Shown here piece after piece: positions 40,365-55,244 of a stretch of 64,000 nt of DNA. The stretch is from Eledone cirrhosa. Its lineage: Eukaryota. The notes under the pieces are model-generated. The model was not told the origin of the DNA. It saw only the letters and a program-made list of their open reading frames with translations, and ran no database searches. Within the stretch, counting starts at the first letter, position 1, and each line of letters opens with the position of its first letter. The translations under genes and the position numbers were made by a program. The stretch lies in contig CAXHJY010001183.1 of the NCBI GenBank assembly GCA_964016885.1, positions 27,549 through 91,548 on the forward strand. The letters are read 5' to 3'.

Positions 40365-42380
40365 TAATGGCTGTTTGTTGTATCAGTTATACATGTGTGG
40401 GCGTGAATTTGTTTTGGTATTATTCTACAGTTCATCAGATTTTGTAGGCGGCAAATTAGCAGAGTTGTTAGAACATCGGATAAAATGTTTTGCGCTATTA
40501 GTTCTGACTCTATGCGTTCGTTCAAATTTCACTAATGTCTACTTTGCATTTCATCTTTTCGAGATCAAGAAATAAAGTACCGGACCAGTGCTGGAGTGAA
40601 TTAATCTTCTCTCTCTATCTCTCTATATATATATATATATATATCTCAAGAAGAATAACTAACAATTTGACTACGTTCAGACCAGGAATTTGCTTTTCTG
40701 TAGTTTTTCAGTTTGGTCTATTTTCTCCAGTATCCATTGTTGACTGGTGTTCCTTTTATTGTTTTACTGGTTCCATTCATTAGAATGCGACTATGCTGGA
40801 ACACCACTATGTAGGGTTCTTAGTCAAGTAAATCCTCACTAGTATAAATTTCTGTAAGCCTCGTTTTTATTTTATCAATCTATGTGTGTTGAACCGCTAT
40901 GTTACGGAACGATTTCCTCTTAGTTTGCAGCATCCAGTGAGCATAAGATTCAAGAGACAAACCCTCCCAATGGGATCCATTCCATTACATAGTCATTTCG
41001 GGCACTACACCTCTATCCAAATCTACGGTACCAGAGCCACGGAACTCTTTTGAAGAAACCCCAACTATATCTAGCCGGTAACCTCCGTCCGCTTCCATTA
41101 GTTCTTTCTCCTTACCTATAGGGGTTGTAATGTTCCAGTCGCCAACTGTTAATGTTTGCTAATGATTATAGAAATTAACAGATTACGCTTGTGGGGAAAG
41201 TCCCTAGCCACAATCCCTAGCCACTACTTTGTTCATGATGAAACTCACTGGTTTCACTTCAGTGGGTGATCTACCTGGTTATTTACAATTCAGCCCTTGG
41301 TCTACCTCAGCTACAAAAACTAACCCAAACCCTACTCTAACCTTAACCGGTAGACAGATCAGGTCATTATACAGCCCCGATCATGCTATTAGAAAGCACC
41401 AATTTCTTAGTCATTCATTTAAGTTAAGATATAGCTAAGTGCCAGTTTTGAGCCTCTGTCTTGTCTCCCCTACCCCCAAATAATGTTTGCCATATTTATG
41501 GTATTAAACATTGCCACAATTTTATATTCTTTTTGAATCAATTAGAAAAAAATCGAGACATTCTAAAACCCGATACAACAGGCTGAAGTAGGTGTATTAT
41601 TTCAGAGTTACCTAAACTCTTTGATTTAGTTCTCTTATCTGTTACATTCGTTAATCTCATCTCTCTTTAAATATTTGATATCGATGTTTTAACTATTGAC
41701 TATTATATCGATCATTTCTCAAGATTAACAAACAGTATTTCATCTTCGTTCTTTGAATTACTTTTTTAGTTTTCCAAAAGTTTCTATACTTTAGTGAACG
41801 ACTTTTTTTTCACTTTTCTTTTCTTATAAGTCTGGAAAGAAAGCAACTCGCATTTTTATAGCGACAAACAAACTTGTGCCAGTGAAATATTTAACTGCTT
41901 ACAGTTTAGTTAAAAGACGAGATCAGATCGTTATGGAAATGTGTGCATAATTTCTGGCGAACCGTCTCTTTCAAGGTGTTTAGATACTTTATTGATTAGA
42001 AAGACTTCTAAACAGCTCTATTCTGATCAAATAAGAAATTAAAAATTACAATAAATAAAATTAACAAAAAAAAACAAGAAAAAACTTTTACAGTATTCTA
42101 TATAATTCCAAATGCTAAATCACTTATGTTAACCAGTCTGTGCTACAGAAATTTGCGGCGAGTTAGCAGAGTCGTTAGAACGTCGGACTTTGCGGTATTT
42201 GTTCCGGCTCTCTGCGAGGTCAACTCTGCCTTGCATCCTTTTGCAGTCAATAAATGAAGTGCCAGTACCACTCTTTCTCTCTATCTATCTAACTATCTCT
42301 TTCTCACTTTCTCTCTCCTCTTCTTCTAGAAGAAATTGACTGTGTTCAGAATTGGAGAGAGGGCTGGGCGCCGCCAGATT

Positions 42381-42488
42381 TAAAATAACCAAAACATTCC
42401 GTATATCCCTACAGCACCCCTACCACTCCATCTCCTGATTGAGTGGTAGGGGTGCTGTAGGGATATATGGAATGTTTTGGTTATTTTA
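42381..42488. repeat. Hairpin or MITE-like inverted repeat (48-bp arms, 12-nt spacer)
   Basis: TAAAATAACCAAAACATTCCGTATATCCCTACAGCACCCCTACCACTC is mirrored with one mismatch. Confidence 0.9.
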
Positions 42489-43849
42489 GGTCTCATGGCA
42501 TGGACTTTAGAAATAAATCTGTCACTTTATATGTTATGAAGGTTTCTAATGTCTCCGTGGAGCACCTTTCACCAGTCGTCAAAACAGCAATAAGTGAAAG
42601 AGGAAAAGCAAAGCAACATTAGTTTAAACAGACAAGTTAATAGTTGGTCAGTAATGCGAAATTTATTGACTAGGATCAATAATCAATAGCCAATAAAATA
42701 TAATCAATGAGTTGCTTTAATTAGTTTTATTCACGGTTAGAAAATGAATTAATATTGACCGGCAGCAACCAAACTGTTATTTTTGCTACGAAAATATAAT
42801 GGAAAAAATAACAAAAACAAAAAGAAAACAACCAAGATGATAAAAAAAACAAACAAACAAAACCTTATGCTTATGTGTATGTGCTTGTGGATATATGTGT
42901 GTGTGTGGCTATATGTGTGCGCATATATATGGGTACGCATATATATGGGTATGCATATGAGAGTTTAACAAAAAAAGGAACTATTTGTCAATGTCAATAA
43001 TGACAACGGAAAAATAGTCCGTGGGAGTTTATTAAAGAAACAACACCAGCAACAACAATAACATCCAAACAACAACAACAATCAAACATCGACAACAACC
43101 AAACAACGACATATTATGACAGTCTAGGAGTTGTGCAGAACGAGTTCATCAGATAATTCTTTAAGCTTGTGCTTCAAGTTGATGCACAAATCGTGTTAGT
43201 TATATCTGCTGTTTTGTTTTAGATTTTATAGCTTCACTGTACAAAAATGTCAATGAATACATACTCGAGGGAAATGAAATCCCAAACGGAGTTACTGTTC
43301 CCTAAACATTACTAACACTAATGTTAGATTAAGAAATATCCCTGGATAGACATTAACTTCACCAAACGATCTCTTTATAGAATAATCTTCTAAATTACAG
43401 TTTTTGATTTTTTATATTTTATATAGTACTTTTCTATTTTTCATTCATAAAAAAAAAAAATAGTTAAAAGCCCTTAAGGGGAAATTTTTTCTGAATAACA
43501 CTCATCTAGCATATGTTGTTTTTTACCCATGGAAGGAATTGAATTTAAAAGTGGGGTCTCTTATGTAGAGGTCAAACTATATACAGTTATATTTTGTGTT
43601 CCACGGTTTCTTAAAGAACCTGTTTACCACTGCGTGTATTTATGGGCAAGAAGGTAAATTGGGTGAGTCGTTAGAATATCTGAAAGAACGATTTGCTGTG
43701 TTCGTCCCGGATCTCTGCGCTTTCAGTTCAACATTCTGCTGAAATCAACTTTGTTTTTCATCCATTAGTATCGATAAATAAAGTACTAATCCAGTACTGG
43801 GATCGATTCTTCATCTGTGTCTCTCTTTCTTACTTTCTCTTTCGCACAC

Positions 43850-43912
<63 letters not shown>

Positions 43913-43939
43913 TCTCTCTCTCTTTCGCGCACACTCTTA

Positions 43940-43988
<49 letters not shown>

Positions 43989-44003
43989 TTCTCTTTCACA
44001 CAC

Positions 44004-44070
<67 letters not shown>

Positions 44071-45318
44071 ACACACGCTCTTCTCTCTCTCTCTCAAAAA
44101 ACCAGCTGTGTTCTGACCTGGAAAGACATGAGGCCCAAGGATAAGAACAGTTGCGTTAGACGTATGGGAGTGATATTAAACACTATGTTTAGTAAAGCGC
44201 TTTCTCGTTTTCAACAAAGTCACGCAATGTTCACTAGATTCTTTAATATATTAAAGGCAACCGTGTCTAATAGCAATTGTTTAAACTGAGATATTTGATG
44301 AGATATATCTTCGTACTGTCCTTTACATCAATATATGACATGAGTACAATATTCCGCTTTTATGCTGCTATTAATAATATTCTTTACGTTCAACATTTGT
44401 GAGGTCGCATGTTTCCATTACCTCTCTTAAACAAGAAAGAAAATGAAAAAAGTGCACTTTCATATTGTAGGTAAACATGTAGTTGTTGTTTATCTTCAAA
44501 GTATTATCTCAGGATATTGTGTTGCTAATATAACGACATATTTGACGAAATTTCCAGGTTACACCGAAGAATCATGCCGTGGATAGCGATTTATTTATGC
44601 ATGATATCAAACATATCGATTTATCTTCAGCAATAACTAATAGCGAGTTATAATGATAGTCTAAGACTGTCTTTTCAAAAATATTTCCACACCTACATCG
44701 CTTCTGCTGCTACGTATATGATCAGTTGATAATAAAAACACCATCGGCATGTGTATTGGACTTCCGTCACTTCCAATGATGCGTGATCCAGTTGATTTGA
44801 TCAACGCAACAGCCTGCTCGTGAAATTAACGTGCAACTGACTGAGCATTCCACATACACGTGTACTGTTAGGGAGATTAAGCTTGACACGGTGCGTGACA
44901 AGGTTGGTCATTTGAATTAAAGATACAACTCATTTCTACCAGCTGAGTATAAGGTCTCTGAAATAATGTGTGTTACTCAAGGGCACAACGCACCGACGGG
45001 AATCGAAATTACGAGTTTGTGATGAGCTGAACATTTTAACGACGAAGCCACTCAACTTCATATCTGGTCATTATGGGTTGCTAAATATTTACCTAAATCG
45101 ACTCCAGTACTTTTACCAACATCAGAAGGAGGGAAGGCAAAGCTGACCTCGGTGGGATGACTGAATATCTACAACTAAATATTTTTGTCCAGCACTTTAA
45201 CGATTTGGCTAGCCCAGCACCATTAGAAATGGCACTGAATGAGAACGACATAGACTTATGATAGATATTGACACATGCACACACGCACACACACACAGAC
45301 ACACACACATACACACAG

Positions 45319-45428
<110 letters not shown>

Positions 45429-45469
45429 AGGTAGGTGGATAGGCATTATGTGTTTATAAAAGGTGTTTC

Positions 45470-45610
45470 AGCAGTTTCCGTCGAAACACAATTCCAGTCA
45501 CAAGGAATTGGTTAACCTGTGGTTATACTAGAAGACTGTTCGGCGGGACTGAACCCAGAACTACGTAGGCTGCGAATCGAACTCCTTAACCACACAGCCA
45601 TGCCTGCATC
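45470..45610 (-). mobile_element. tRNA-derived SINE (third family)
   Basis: Reverse complement: GCAGGCATGGCTGTGTGGTTAAG...GGGTTCAGTCCC. Relatives at about 7260-7400 (+), 9780-9930 (-) and 18400-18545 (-). Confidence 0.65.
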
Positions 45611-45776
45611 TACATATATTATATCTTGACAACAGTAACTCGAATTCTTTGAACAATCTACAATGTTGCTACAGACACAGTCACAAGAAAATGATAAGCA
45701 AAAAAGAGAAAACATATCTTACAGAAGACAATAGAAGTAATTAAAAGTAGCCAACTAGACGGATTCTATAACTAGT

Positions 45777-45808
<32 letters not shown>

Positions 45809-45825
45809 TCTCTATCTCTCTCTCC

Positions 45826-45866
<41 letters not shown>

Positions 45867-45874
45867 CGATACCG

Positions 45875-46318
45875 CCTCTTCATTGCTGTAGTGGAGTCTG
45901 TGCTGCTGTATGGGTCTGAGACTTGGACACTGACCAAGAGACTCACTCAGATGGTGGATGGGTGCTACACGAGAATGCTGAGGATGGCTCTGAACATTAA
46001 TCAGTATACACTGAGGATGAAAAACTCAGAGCTGTATGGGAGCATCCCAAAAGTCAGCTCAAAAGTGACACAGAGGAGACTGAGGTTGGCTGGACATGCT
46101 CACCGACATCCAGAGTTGACATTGCACTCAGTGCTCCTTTGGGAGCCCCTACATGGACACACTAGAAGAGGAAGACCAAGGTTAACATATGTTGATGCCC
46201 TAAGGACAGACACTGGTCTGTTGGAGATGCAGGATATGGCAGCGATAATGAGGGACAGAGACCACTGGAGAGAACTCGTCCATGGATCTCGGGAATTTTA
46301 CCCGCCTTAGATAGATAG
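45875..46318 (+). mobile_element. 5'-truncated RTE-like LINE 3' end with intact frame, (TAGA)n tail and 12-bp TSD
   Basis: ESVLLYGSETWTL...RRLRLAGHAHR...GRPRLTY. ATATCGATACCG at 45863-45874 and 46319-46330. Confidence 0.9.
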
Positions 46319-46762
46319 ATATCGATACCGATTGTGTTGTTATTTCTGTTTACCTTTTACATACATATATATAGAGAGAGAGAGGGGGGGAGTGTGAGGG
46401 AGGGAGAGAGGTGTGAGTGCGTGCCTAATTGAATTTCAAATTAAAATACTTAATACCGAAGTAGAGTTCAATTATTTATTATGGTGTTGATCTCGATCTC
46501 TCTTTCTCTCTCTCTCTCTCACTCTCTCTCTCTCTCTCTCTCTCTCGCTCTCTCTCTTTCTCTCTCCCTCTCTCTCACCCTTCGCATTTTCTCTCTTTCT
46601 CTCTATCTTTATCTCACCCCTCTTATTCTCTCTATCCCTATCTCACCCCTCCCATTTTCCATCCTCTCCTCCCTCTTTCTCTCTCTCTCTCTCTCTTTCT
46701 TTCCCGGCGTGATCAACTAGGAATCGCGAGACTTGGAGTAACAACATAGGGTAACATTAGTG

Positions 46763-46822
<60 letters not shown>

Positions 46823-47194
46823 GTATTTATATATGTCTATAAGTATACGTATATATGAGCGTGTGTTTGTATACATGTATATAGGTGTTTGTGTGCGCGC
46901 ATATTTATATAGGTGTGTGTGTGTATGTGGGTGCACGTTTATGTAGGTGTGTGTGTGTATGTGGGTGCACGTTTATGTAGGTGTATATGTGTCTAACCTG
47001 CTCGTTTCCCAATTTATGTACCTCAATGAAAGAGAATAATAGATAAACTATCTACGACAGTTCTAATGAATAATAGATCGGTAGTAATTGGTGATTCCTT
47101 CACGTTCGCTTCTAGAAGATAAAATTCAAAGACTTCAGAGGCGGCATTTGAACACAGAGGAATGGTGAAGTTCTGAACAAACACTATACCATTA

Positions 47195-47310
<116 letters not shown>

Positions 47311-48047
47311 ATTGGACCTCCGTCGCTTTCAGCGACAAGTGTTGCAACTGTTCGAACAACAGAACAGCCTACTTGTAAAATGAAAGTACGAGTGGTTGAG
47401 CATTCCAGCATCCTTAACAAATTCTCAGGGAGATTCAGTATAACACAGTGTGACAGGGCTGGCGTTTCCACTACCGACATGTATATGTGTGTGTCTGTTG
47501 GACTTCCGTCGTTTCCGACTGCGTGTGCTCCGGAGATTCAGCGTAATACAATGTTTGACAAGGTCAGCTCTTTGAATTACAAGTACAACTCATGTTTGTT
47601 AGCTGAATGAACTGGAGCAACGTGAAATAAGTATCATGCTCAAAAACAGAAATTTACGGCCGTGTGCCAAAAATCTTAAGCACTAAGTCACGTGCAAAAA
47701 TATATCATTATGGACGCCATGCTTTGACTATAGAGTTACGGCCCTTGCCATTCTGAGTTCAAATCCCGCCGAGATTAACTTTGCCTTTCATCCTTACGGG
47801 GTCGATAAAATAAAGTACCAGTAATGCACTGGGTAACTGCTGGCCTTGTGCCAAAAGTAGAAACAATTATATACGTCTACTGTTTCCATAATTGATAGAA
47901 TTGTGTGCGATATTCGTTCTGGTTGTCTGCACTCAAGGTTCAAATCCCCCCGAAGATAACTTTGCCTTTCATTCTTCGGGATCGATAAATGAAACACCAG
48001 TTCAATACTGAGGTCAATTCTTTCTCTATATCTCTTTCATACTTCCT

Positions 48048-48137
<90 letters not shown>

Positions 48138-49234
48138 TTCTCTCACTGTCTATTTTTCCCTGGGAGAAAGCAACTGTGTTCAGACATGGACAGGGATGGT
48201 TTCTGCCAGTTTTAAAACGCCCAAGTTTTAAATACCTACGACACGGATGGCCATGGGAGGCCATGAATGGATTCTCTCTCACCAACAATTTGAGATAACA
48301 TGTGTAACTATCATGCGGAAACTAATATCTCAGAAATGTACATATATATTTAAATGTATGCTTTATGATGTCATCGTTCCTATGTGTCTACAGATGACGT
48401 CATTGGAAAATTATATTTCATTCTTCGTCTCCTTCTGAAGAAATACAATTTAAAATTGAAATACTGAAGCCGACGTCAAAAACGAATATTGCTTTGTTCT
48501 TTATTTTCTCTAAAAGAGCAAATAAGTTCTTAAAACACATTTGTAACCTCCTAAATATATAATGTCACATATTTATTTTATTTTATTTTATTTATTTTTA
48601 AATGCAGAGTTGATCATTTTGTAGGGAAATTATGTAACAAATGAGAAATCAATGTTATTATGGAGACTAGCTAAAGATTAATGTCAGACAAAAATCATAA
48701 ATTCCATCTTAGAATTTGGATTAGTTTAAGTAGATGAGTCAATTCTAATTGACGTTTCTCTCTTGGAATTTTACAAACTACATGGAGTGTGCCAAAGATT
48801 TTCTTTCAGAAACATGTAACATCAAACGAAATACCCATGCAATAATAAATTGTTGTGAAGAAAATAAAAGATTATATATATATATATATATATAAAATCG
48901 GATAGAATGTTTTGCGGTATTCGTTCCTGCTCTCTGCGCTCTATGATGTATGTTTAGCCCCATAAACGCGTGATGGAGTCGTAGGTCACCGTCGGGAGCC
49001 GATCTCCTCTAGGTTTGAACAGAGAGTGAGTGAGTGAGAGAGAGTGGGGAGAAGAAGCGTAAGAATCGACCCAGCACTAGACAGGCACTTATATATATGT
49101 GTGTGCGTTTATTCCATATAATAATTAAATTTACAGGAATAGAAATGCTTTATTCGTTTAAAATTACCAGAGAATAGAACAATTCTAGTTCTGTAGAAGT
49201 TACTTCTATATAAAAAAAAAATGTGTACCGTCTC

Positions 49235-49274
<40 letters not shown>

Positions 49275-49505
49275 GCAGAGGGAAAGAGAGAGAGAGATAG
49301 AGAGAGAGAAAGAAAGAGAGGGAGAAAGGGAGAGGGGGAGACAAAGTCAATGACTTAAATAAAATAGCCTAAGTATCAATTGGAATATAATATACCATTT
49401 AATCGTTGGTTCTAAAGAATATTTCAGTACCTCTCTTTTCCTCAAATAGAACACTTTTTTCTCCAGATCTTTCAATTAATAGGGTATTGAACCATTATAT
49501 GTGTG

Positions 49506-49627
<122 letters not shown>

Positions 49628-49654
49628 GTAGCAAGAGGTAGGTTGTAGTAATTG

Positions 49655-50259
49655 GCCTTAATAATTATATGTCTGTGTGTATATATATGTATATATATAG
49701 TGTGTGTGTGTATATATATATATATAGTGTATAACGTTTTTCGAAATATTTACTTCTGCGTTCACAGATTGATTTTTTTAGTTTCAGAAGATCGCGTAAA
49801 GGGAGAAAGTAGTGATTCTTTGCTTAAATTTTAATCTTTTATTTTAATATATACTAGCAGAATGGCCCGGCGTTGCTCAGGATTCTAAACATAGATTGGC
49901 ATGTTTATCCCTCCTTTCTGAAACAGTACAGAGAAGTACGGAATACCTCAGCCGGGGATGGTGTCTACATTTTGTGCTTATAAAAAAAATTCGTCTTAGA
50001 TTACCAGGCTTTTTTTCCGTGCGAAGAAAATCAATACTTTATCGTGAAATAAATACTTTTGTTTATATTTTGTTATTGTGTATGCAAAAATATCTGTACA
50101 CGAATATATATATATATATATAAAGTTTAAACAAAGAATCGCTGCTTTCACCCTTAACGGATCTTCTGAAACTAAAAAAAAATCAATCTGTGAACGCAGA
50201 AGTAAATATTTCGAAAAACGTTAAACACTATATATATATACATATATATATACACACAC

Positions 50260-50349
<90 letters not shown>

Positions 50350-50855
50350 GCGTCATAATGTCGTAATGCAGACAGCCATACATACAGACAGATATTATAA
50401 GGGCGCAACGTTATATCTATGTATCTATCTAAAATGAAAGACTAAGAGAGATCGCTAAATCGCCTAATGTAATACTTATAGTCACAGGACCATAAGTATT
50501 ACATGTGTAAAGTTTGAAAAGAATCGGTTGGTTGGTTCTCGAGTTTTAGGGAGTCAGACAGACAGACAGACATTCTCTGTTTTAGATATATATATATATA
50601 TATAATTATATATTCGTGTACAGATATTTTTGCATACACAATAAAAAAATATAAACAAAATTTCGTGATAAGTATTGATTTTCTTCACACGGAAAAAAAC
50701 ACTGGTAATCTACGACGAATTTTTTTATAAGTACAAAATGTAGACACCATCCCGAGGTCGAGGTATTCCGTACTTCTCTGTACTGTTTCAGAAAAGAGGG
50801 ATAAACATGCTAATCTATGTTTAGAATCCTGAGCAACGCCGGGCCATTCTGCTAG
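49655..50855 (+). mobile_element. Non-autonomous Helitron (outer, 5'-decayed copy), interrupted
   Basis: 3' hairpin CCTGAGCAACGCCGGG followed by CTAG|T at 50852-50856. Segments 49690-49830 and 50610-50855 are collinear with the inner copy. Confidence 0.7.
49854..50595 (-). mobile_element. Non-autonomous Helitron (inner copy, same family, opposite strand)
   Basis: Minus-strand 5' end TATATCTAAAACAGAGAATGTCTGTCTGTCTG. 3' hairpin plus CTAG|T at 49854. Confidence 0.75.
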
Positions 50856-52303
50856 TAATTATTAAACAAACAACGGTGCGTTAAATAAGCAATACTGAGG
50901 TCCACTTGATTATATACATTTTATTAATAATTTTAACACCTAACAACACTAAAACGAACTTCAAAATATAATTTATGATAAATGTGCCAACAGATTTTAT
51001 GAATTAAATCTCTATGTGAGGAAACATCATTAAAGTTTTTAGAATTTTTTATGAAGAGAAAGAGAAAAGAAGAACATAATGAAATAGAGTGTTTGTTATG
51101 AAACAAATAATAATCATAATCCATTTGTGAATTAATTAATTGAGACAATGAACTCCCGAGATAGATAGGACATGAAATTATCACCTTGATACAACTCTGA
51201 CCTGTCAAATCATATACATACACATATAGAGAGAGATATACACATAAACACATACAGACATGCATACACATATACACACAATCAGAGACAAACATGTGGA
51301 TACACAAACACAGAGACAAGCACATACACGCACATATATATATATACAGAGAGATAAACTCATACTTAGACACATACACACAGAGACAAACAGATACATA
51401 TGCATATATACATATGTACAGAGAGACAATCACATACACAAACATTCCTGAACATGCACATATCTATACACACAGAGAGTTAAACACATTCATATATATA
51501 TATACACATAAACATGTAATGTCATACCTATCATAACAAGACATACACACTCACATGCACACATTTACATATACACACAGAGACACATATATAAACACAA
51601 CCGAACATACATACACACCGACGAAAACATATACAAACTTAACCGAACCTATATACAGACGCATGCGCACGCAAACAGAGAAATACATATATACATAGAC
51701 ATAACCGAACATAGATGCACATACACATTCATAATCGAAAATACACACACACATAGAGATACATAGATATATAGAGACACATATGCAAACATAACCGAAC
51801 ACACACACATATACGCATATATACACAGACAAACACATACATAAACATAACTGAACGCATCCACACATGCACACATACAAAAACATAACGGAACACATTA
51901 AAATAGTATCCGTTATAACGAATACTATTTTAATGAATTTTTCAGTATAACGAAAGGTGATAATATCTTTATTTCGTGTCCTTCTATCTATCTGGAGGTT
52001 TCATTGTCTCAATTAATTAATTGACAAATGGATTATGATTATTATTTGTTTCATAACAAGCACTCTATTTCATTATGTTTTTCTTTTCTCTTTCTCTTCA
52101 TACAAAATTCTAACTAAAAACTTTAATGATGTTTCCTCACATGAAGATTTAATTCATAAAATCTGTTGGCACATTTATCATAAATTATATTTTAAAGTTC
52201 GTTTTAGTGTTGTTAGGTGTTAAAATTATTAATAACATGTATATAATCATGTATATAATAAGTATTGCTTATTTAACACACCGTTGTTTGTTTAATAATT
52301 ATT
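50856..52303. mobile_element. Foldback or MITE-like element with about 330-bp terminal inverted repeats
   Basis: 50856-51186 mirrors about 51955-52303 with moderate divergence. The interior is degenerate CA/TA-rich sequence. Confidence 0.75.
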
Positions 52304-53061
52304 ATTTAGGGAAGTTGTGGTGCTGGGTTGGCAGAATCGTTAAATTAACGGAGAAGATGCTTTGCAATATTTGTTTCGTTTTAGGTTTGTTTCTTTTTTA
52401 CGTTCTGTGTTAAAATGACAACGAGGTTGAATTTACCTTTCACCTTTCAGAGATAAATAACATATAGTACCAGTCAAGTATTGGAGTAGATTTAATCAAC
52501 TTTCCTGTGAAACCTAAAATTGCTGGCTTTGTGCCTAAACTAGAAACAATTGTTTATAGAAGCCAGCGAACTGAGTTGATACAGTGTAATATTTTTAATA
52601 TAAGAAACTAAATATTGTATCTTGTTGATGGTGTATTGCATCTATGGTAAACAAATTTAAAATATATTACCATAATTTAAATACAGCACACCCATTGTGT
52701 AATTGGTTTATAATCTGTTAGCTTTTAATGTTTAGTTGAAATTCTGCAATGGACGAAGGAAGAAGTACAGTTGAAATATCGCTGTTTAAATTTACCTCTC
52801 ATTTTACGTTATATAGGGAGCGTGTTCTCATGTTCTTGATGTTAATAACTAATATCTATTATCTATGTGTGTATCAAATGCCAATACAACAGATCAACGT
52901 CCTGTCGGTTAAATGGAAATTGTCTAAAACAAGAAATAACTGACCAAATACTACTGTAGTTCTAATTTCCAGTTAAGAACCTGGGTTATCTTCTACGAGT
53001 TTCATTCCATAGCAGAATTATATCTCTGTTAAACATAGCGATATGTTTTGATAAACAGAAT

Positions 53062-53120
53062 GTTGGGAAAGCGTTAGACTGAAGATCTAAAGGTCTCTTG
53101 TTCAATCCTGGGTTTCGGCA
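53062..53120 (+). pseudogene. 5'-truncated tRNA-Phe(GAA) pseudogene
   Basis: GTTGGGAAAGCGTTAGACTGAAGATCTAAAGGTCTCTTGTTCAATCCTGGGTTTCGGCA matches the metazoan tRNA-Phe from the D loop onward with several substitutions. The 5' acceptor strand is missing. Confidence 0.9.
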
Positions 53121-53311
53121 TCCGGTGGTTGGTCAACTCAATGGCCGTGCCCCACCATGGCCTCAGCCTGTCGGCTGGAACGCGTAATAGAGTAATAGTA
53201 TAATAGAGCAAGTATATGTGTGCATATATGTGTGTGTGTATACATGTGTGTATACATGTGTGTGTGTATACATGTGTGTATATATGTGTGTGTGCATATA
53301 TGTGTGTATGT

Positions 53312-53638
<327 letters not shown>

Positions 53639-53798
53639 ATTGCTCTGCTTAAATTCGCACACTAAATATTAACGCTTCTAATATTTAACCCTGTTTACAC
53701 AAGCATCGAGCACGATTGCACCTGCTTATGGCAATTAGTTATCTGTATCGTCTCTTTTTATAACGCTTCTTCTCTCTATTCTCTCTCACGATACTGTA

Positions 53799-53906
<108 letters not shown>

Positions 53907-53966
53907 GTGTTTCTGTAGGAAAGGTAAAGGAAAGGAGAGTGCTCTATGTAGGCTACAGAGCTATTT

Positions 53967-54206
53967 AGTTATGTAAGAAACAACATAAGACAATTATTTC
54001 ATTTACCAAAGGTTTCACGAAGACAGACAAGCTTGACACAGACGTCTGAAATCGTTCGTCAGAACGAAAATTTATTTAAATCGGACATCCGATTTAAATA
54101 AATTTTCGTTCTGACGAACGATTTCAGATGTTTGTGTCAAGCTTGTCTGTCTTCGTGAAACCTTTGGTAAATGAAATAATTGTCTTATGTTGTTTATTAC
54201 ATAACT
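53967..54206. mobile_element. Palindrome (about 119-bp arms, 2-nt spacer) of two divergent HHRs
   Basis: Centre reads AAATCGGA-CA-TCCGATTT. The arms differ at only a few positions. Confidence 0.9.
54104..54176 (+). ncRNA. Type I hammerhead ribozyme (mirror copy at 53997-54069, minus strand)
   Basis: TTTCGTT-CTGACGA(54111)-ACGA...TCGT-GAAA(54157)-CC-TTT-G-GTA-AATGAAA. Confidence 0.85.
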
Positions 54207-54714
54207 ATATATATATATATGGTGGGTATGGTTCTAGGTCGGTAACAAAAAGTACCAGACTGCTAATGAGGTCAATTCTTCTATATATATTTCTCGCTTT
54301 CATTCTCTCACTCTCTTTCCCTCTCTGGAGGAAACCTGCTGTATCAGACCTGGAGAGAAGATGGGGTCCGCCAGGTTTCTTTTTAATGCCCTAGAAACGT
54401 CGTTTGTCAATACGGTGACCCTACGACGCACTCAGGAGTTAAGGGACCATGCATGCTGCATACTATATATATATATATATATATATTGTTATACTTTGGG
54501 AGGGTCATGTTGCCAATAAGAAACACACGCACCAGTTGCTTTCACTTCAATTTATTATAATAAATTTATAATAAATTTATAAATAAATGTACATAAACAC
54601 ACACAGACACCCGGATGTGGCGCATGCGCAGACTGAGCACACAACACACACACAGAAACAAAATGGCGTAGGACAGAACAAAGGAGAGGCACAGAAACAA
54701 AGAAAGGAATCCCC

Positions 54715-54759
54715 AGTCACTGAAGAGGTCACAGAGTGTGTGACGAAAGAACTATGACT
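54715..54759 (+). ncRNA. Type I hammerhead (family F3) in element 54485-54972
   Basis: AGTCA-CTGAAGA-G-GTCACA-GAGTG-TGTGAC-GAAAG-AA-CTA-TGACT. The element has inverted arms at about 54485-54580 and 54815-54912. Confidence 0.78.
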
Positions 54760-55244
54760 ATATATAAACAACTATCTGGTTGTGGAACCAACCAACCAAC
54801 CAGAAATTTATAAATTTATAAATTTATTATAAATTTATTATAATAAATTGAAGTGAAAGCAACTGGTGCGTGTGTTTCTTATTGGCAACATGACCCTCCC
54901 AAAGTATAACAATATCGGTTTCAACACACGATTTCAGATAAAGAATCTTGCTAAACAAATTCAGAAACGAAATATATATATATATATATATATATATAAA
55001 GAGAGAGAGAGAAGAGGAAGAGAGAGAAAGAGAGAATGAGAGAGGGAGAGAGAGCCAGAGAGAGGGGAGAGAGAGAATTATAGTATTATTCAATTTCTGT
55101 TGGTGTAGTCAATTAATTTGATTGTTCAACAAGAATCAAAGACCGCTTACAGTAGTGTTTTACTCAACGTACGCAATAAACGTTATTCATACTCATCAGA
55201 GTTATGGTGTTTCTAAATAATAATTTTATAAATTTCTATTTATA

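Noticed and set aside
41315-41350. Telomere-like CTAACC repeats
   Set aside because: Only a few degenerate units; not a telomeric array.
53062-53120. Functional tRNA-Phe gene
   Set aside because: The 5' acceptor and D-stem strands are missing and the T arm is mutated.
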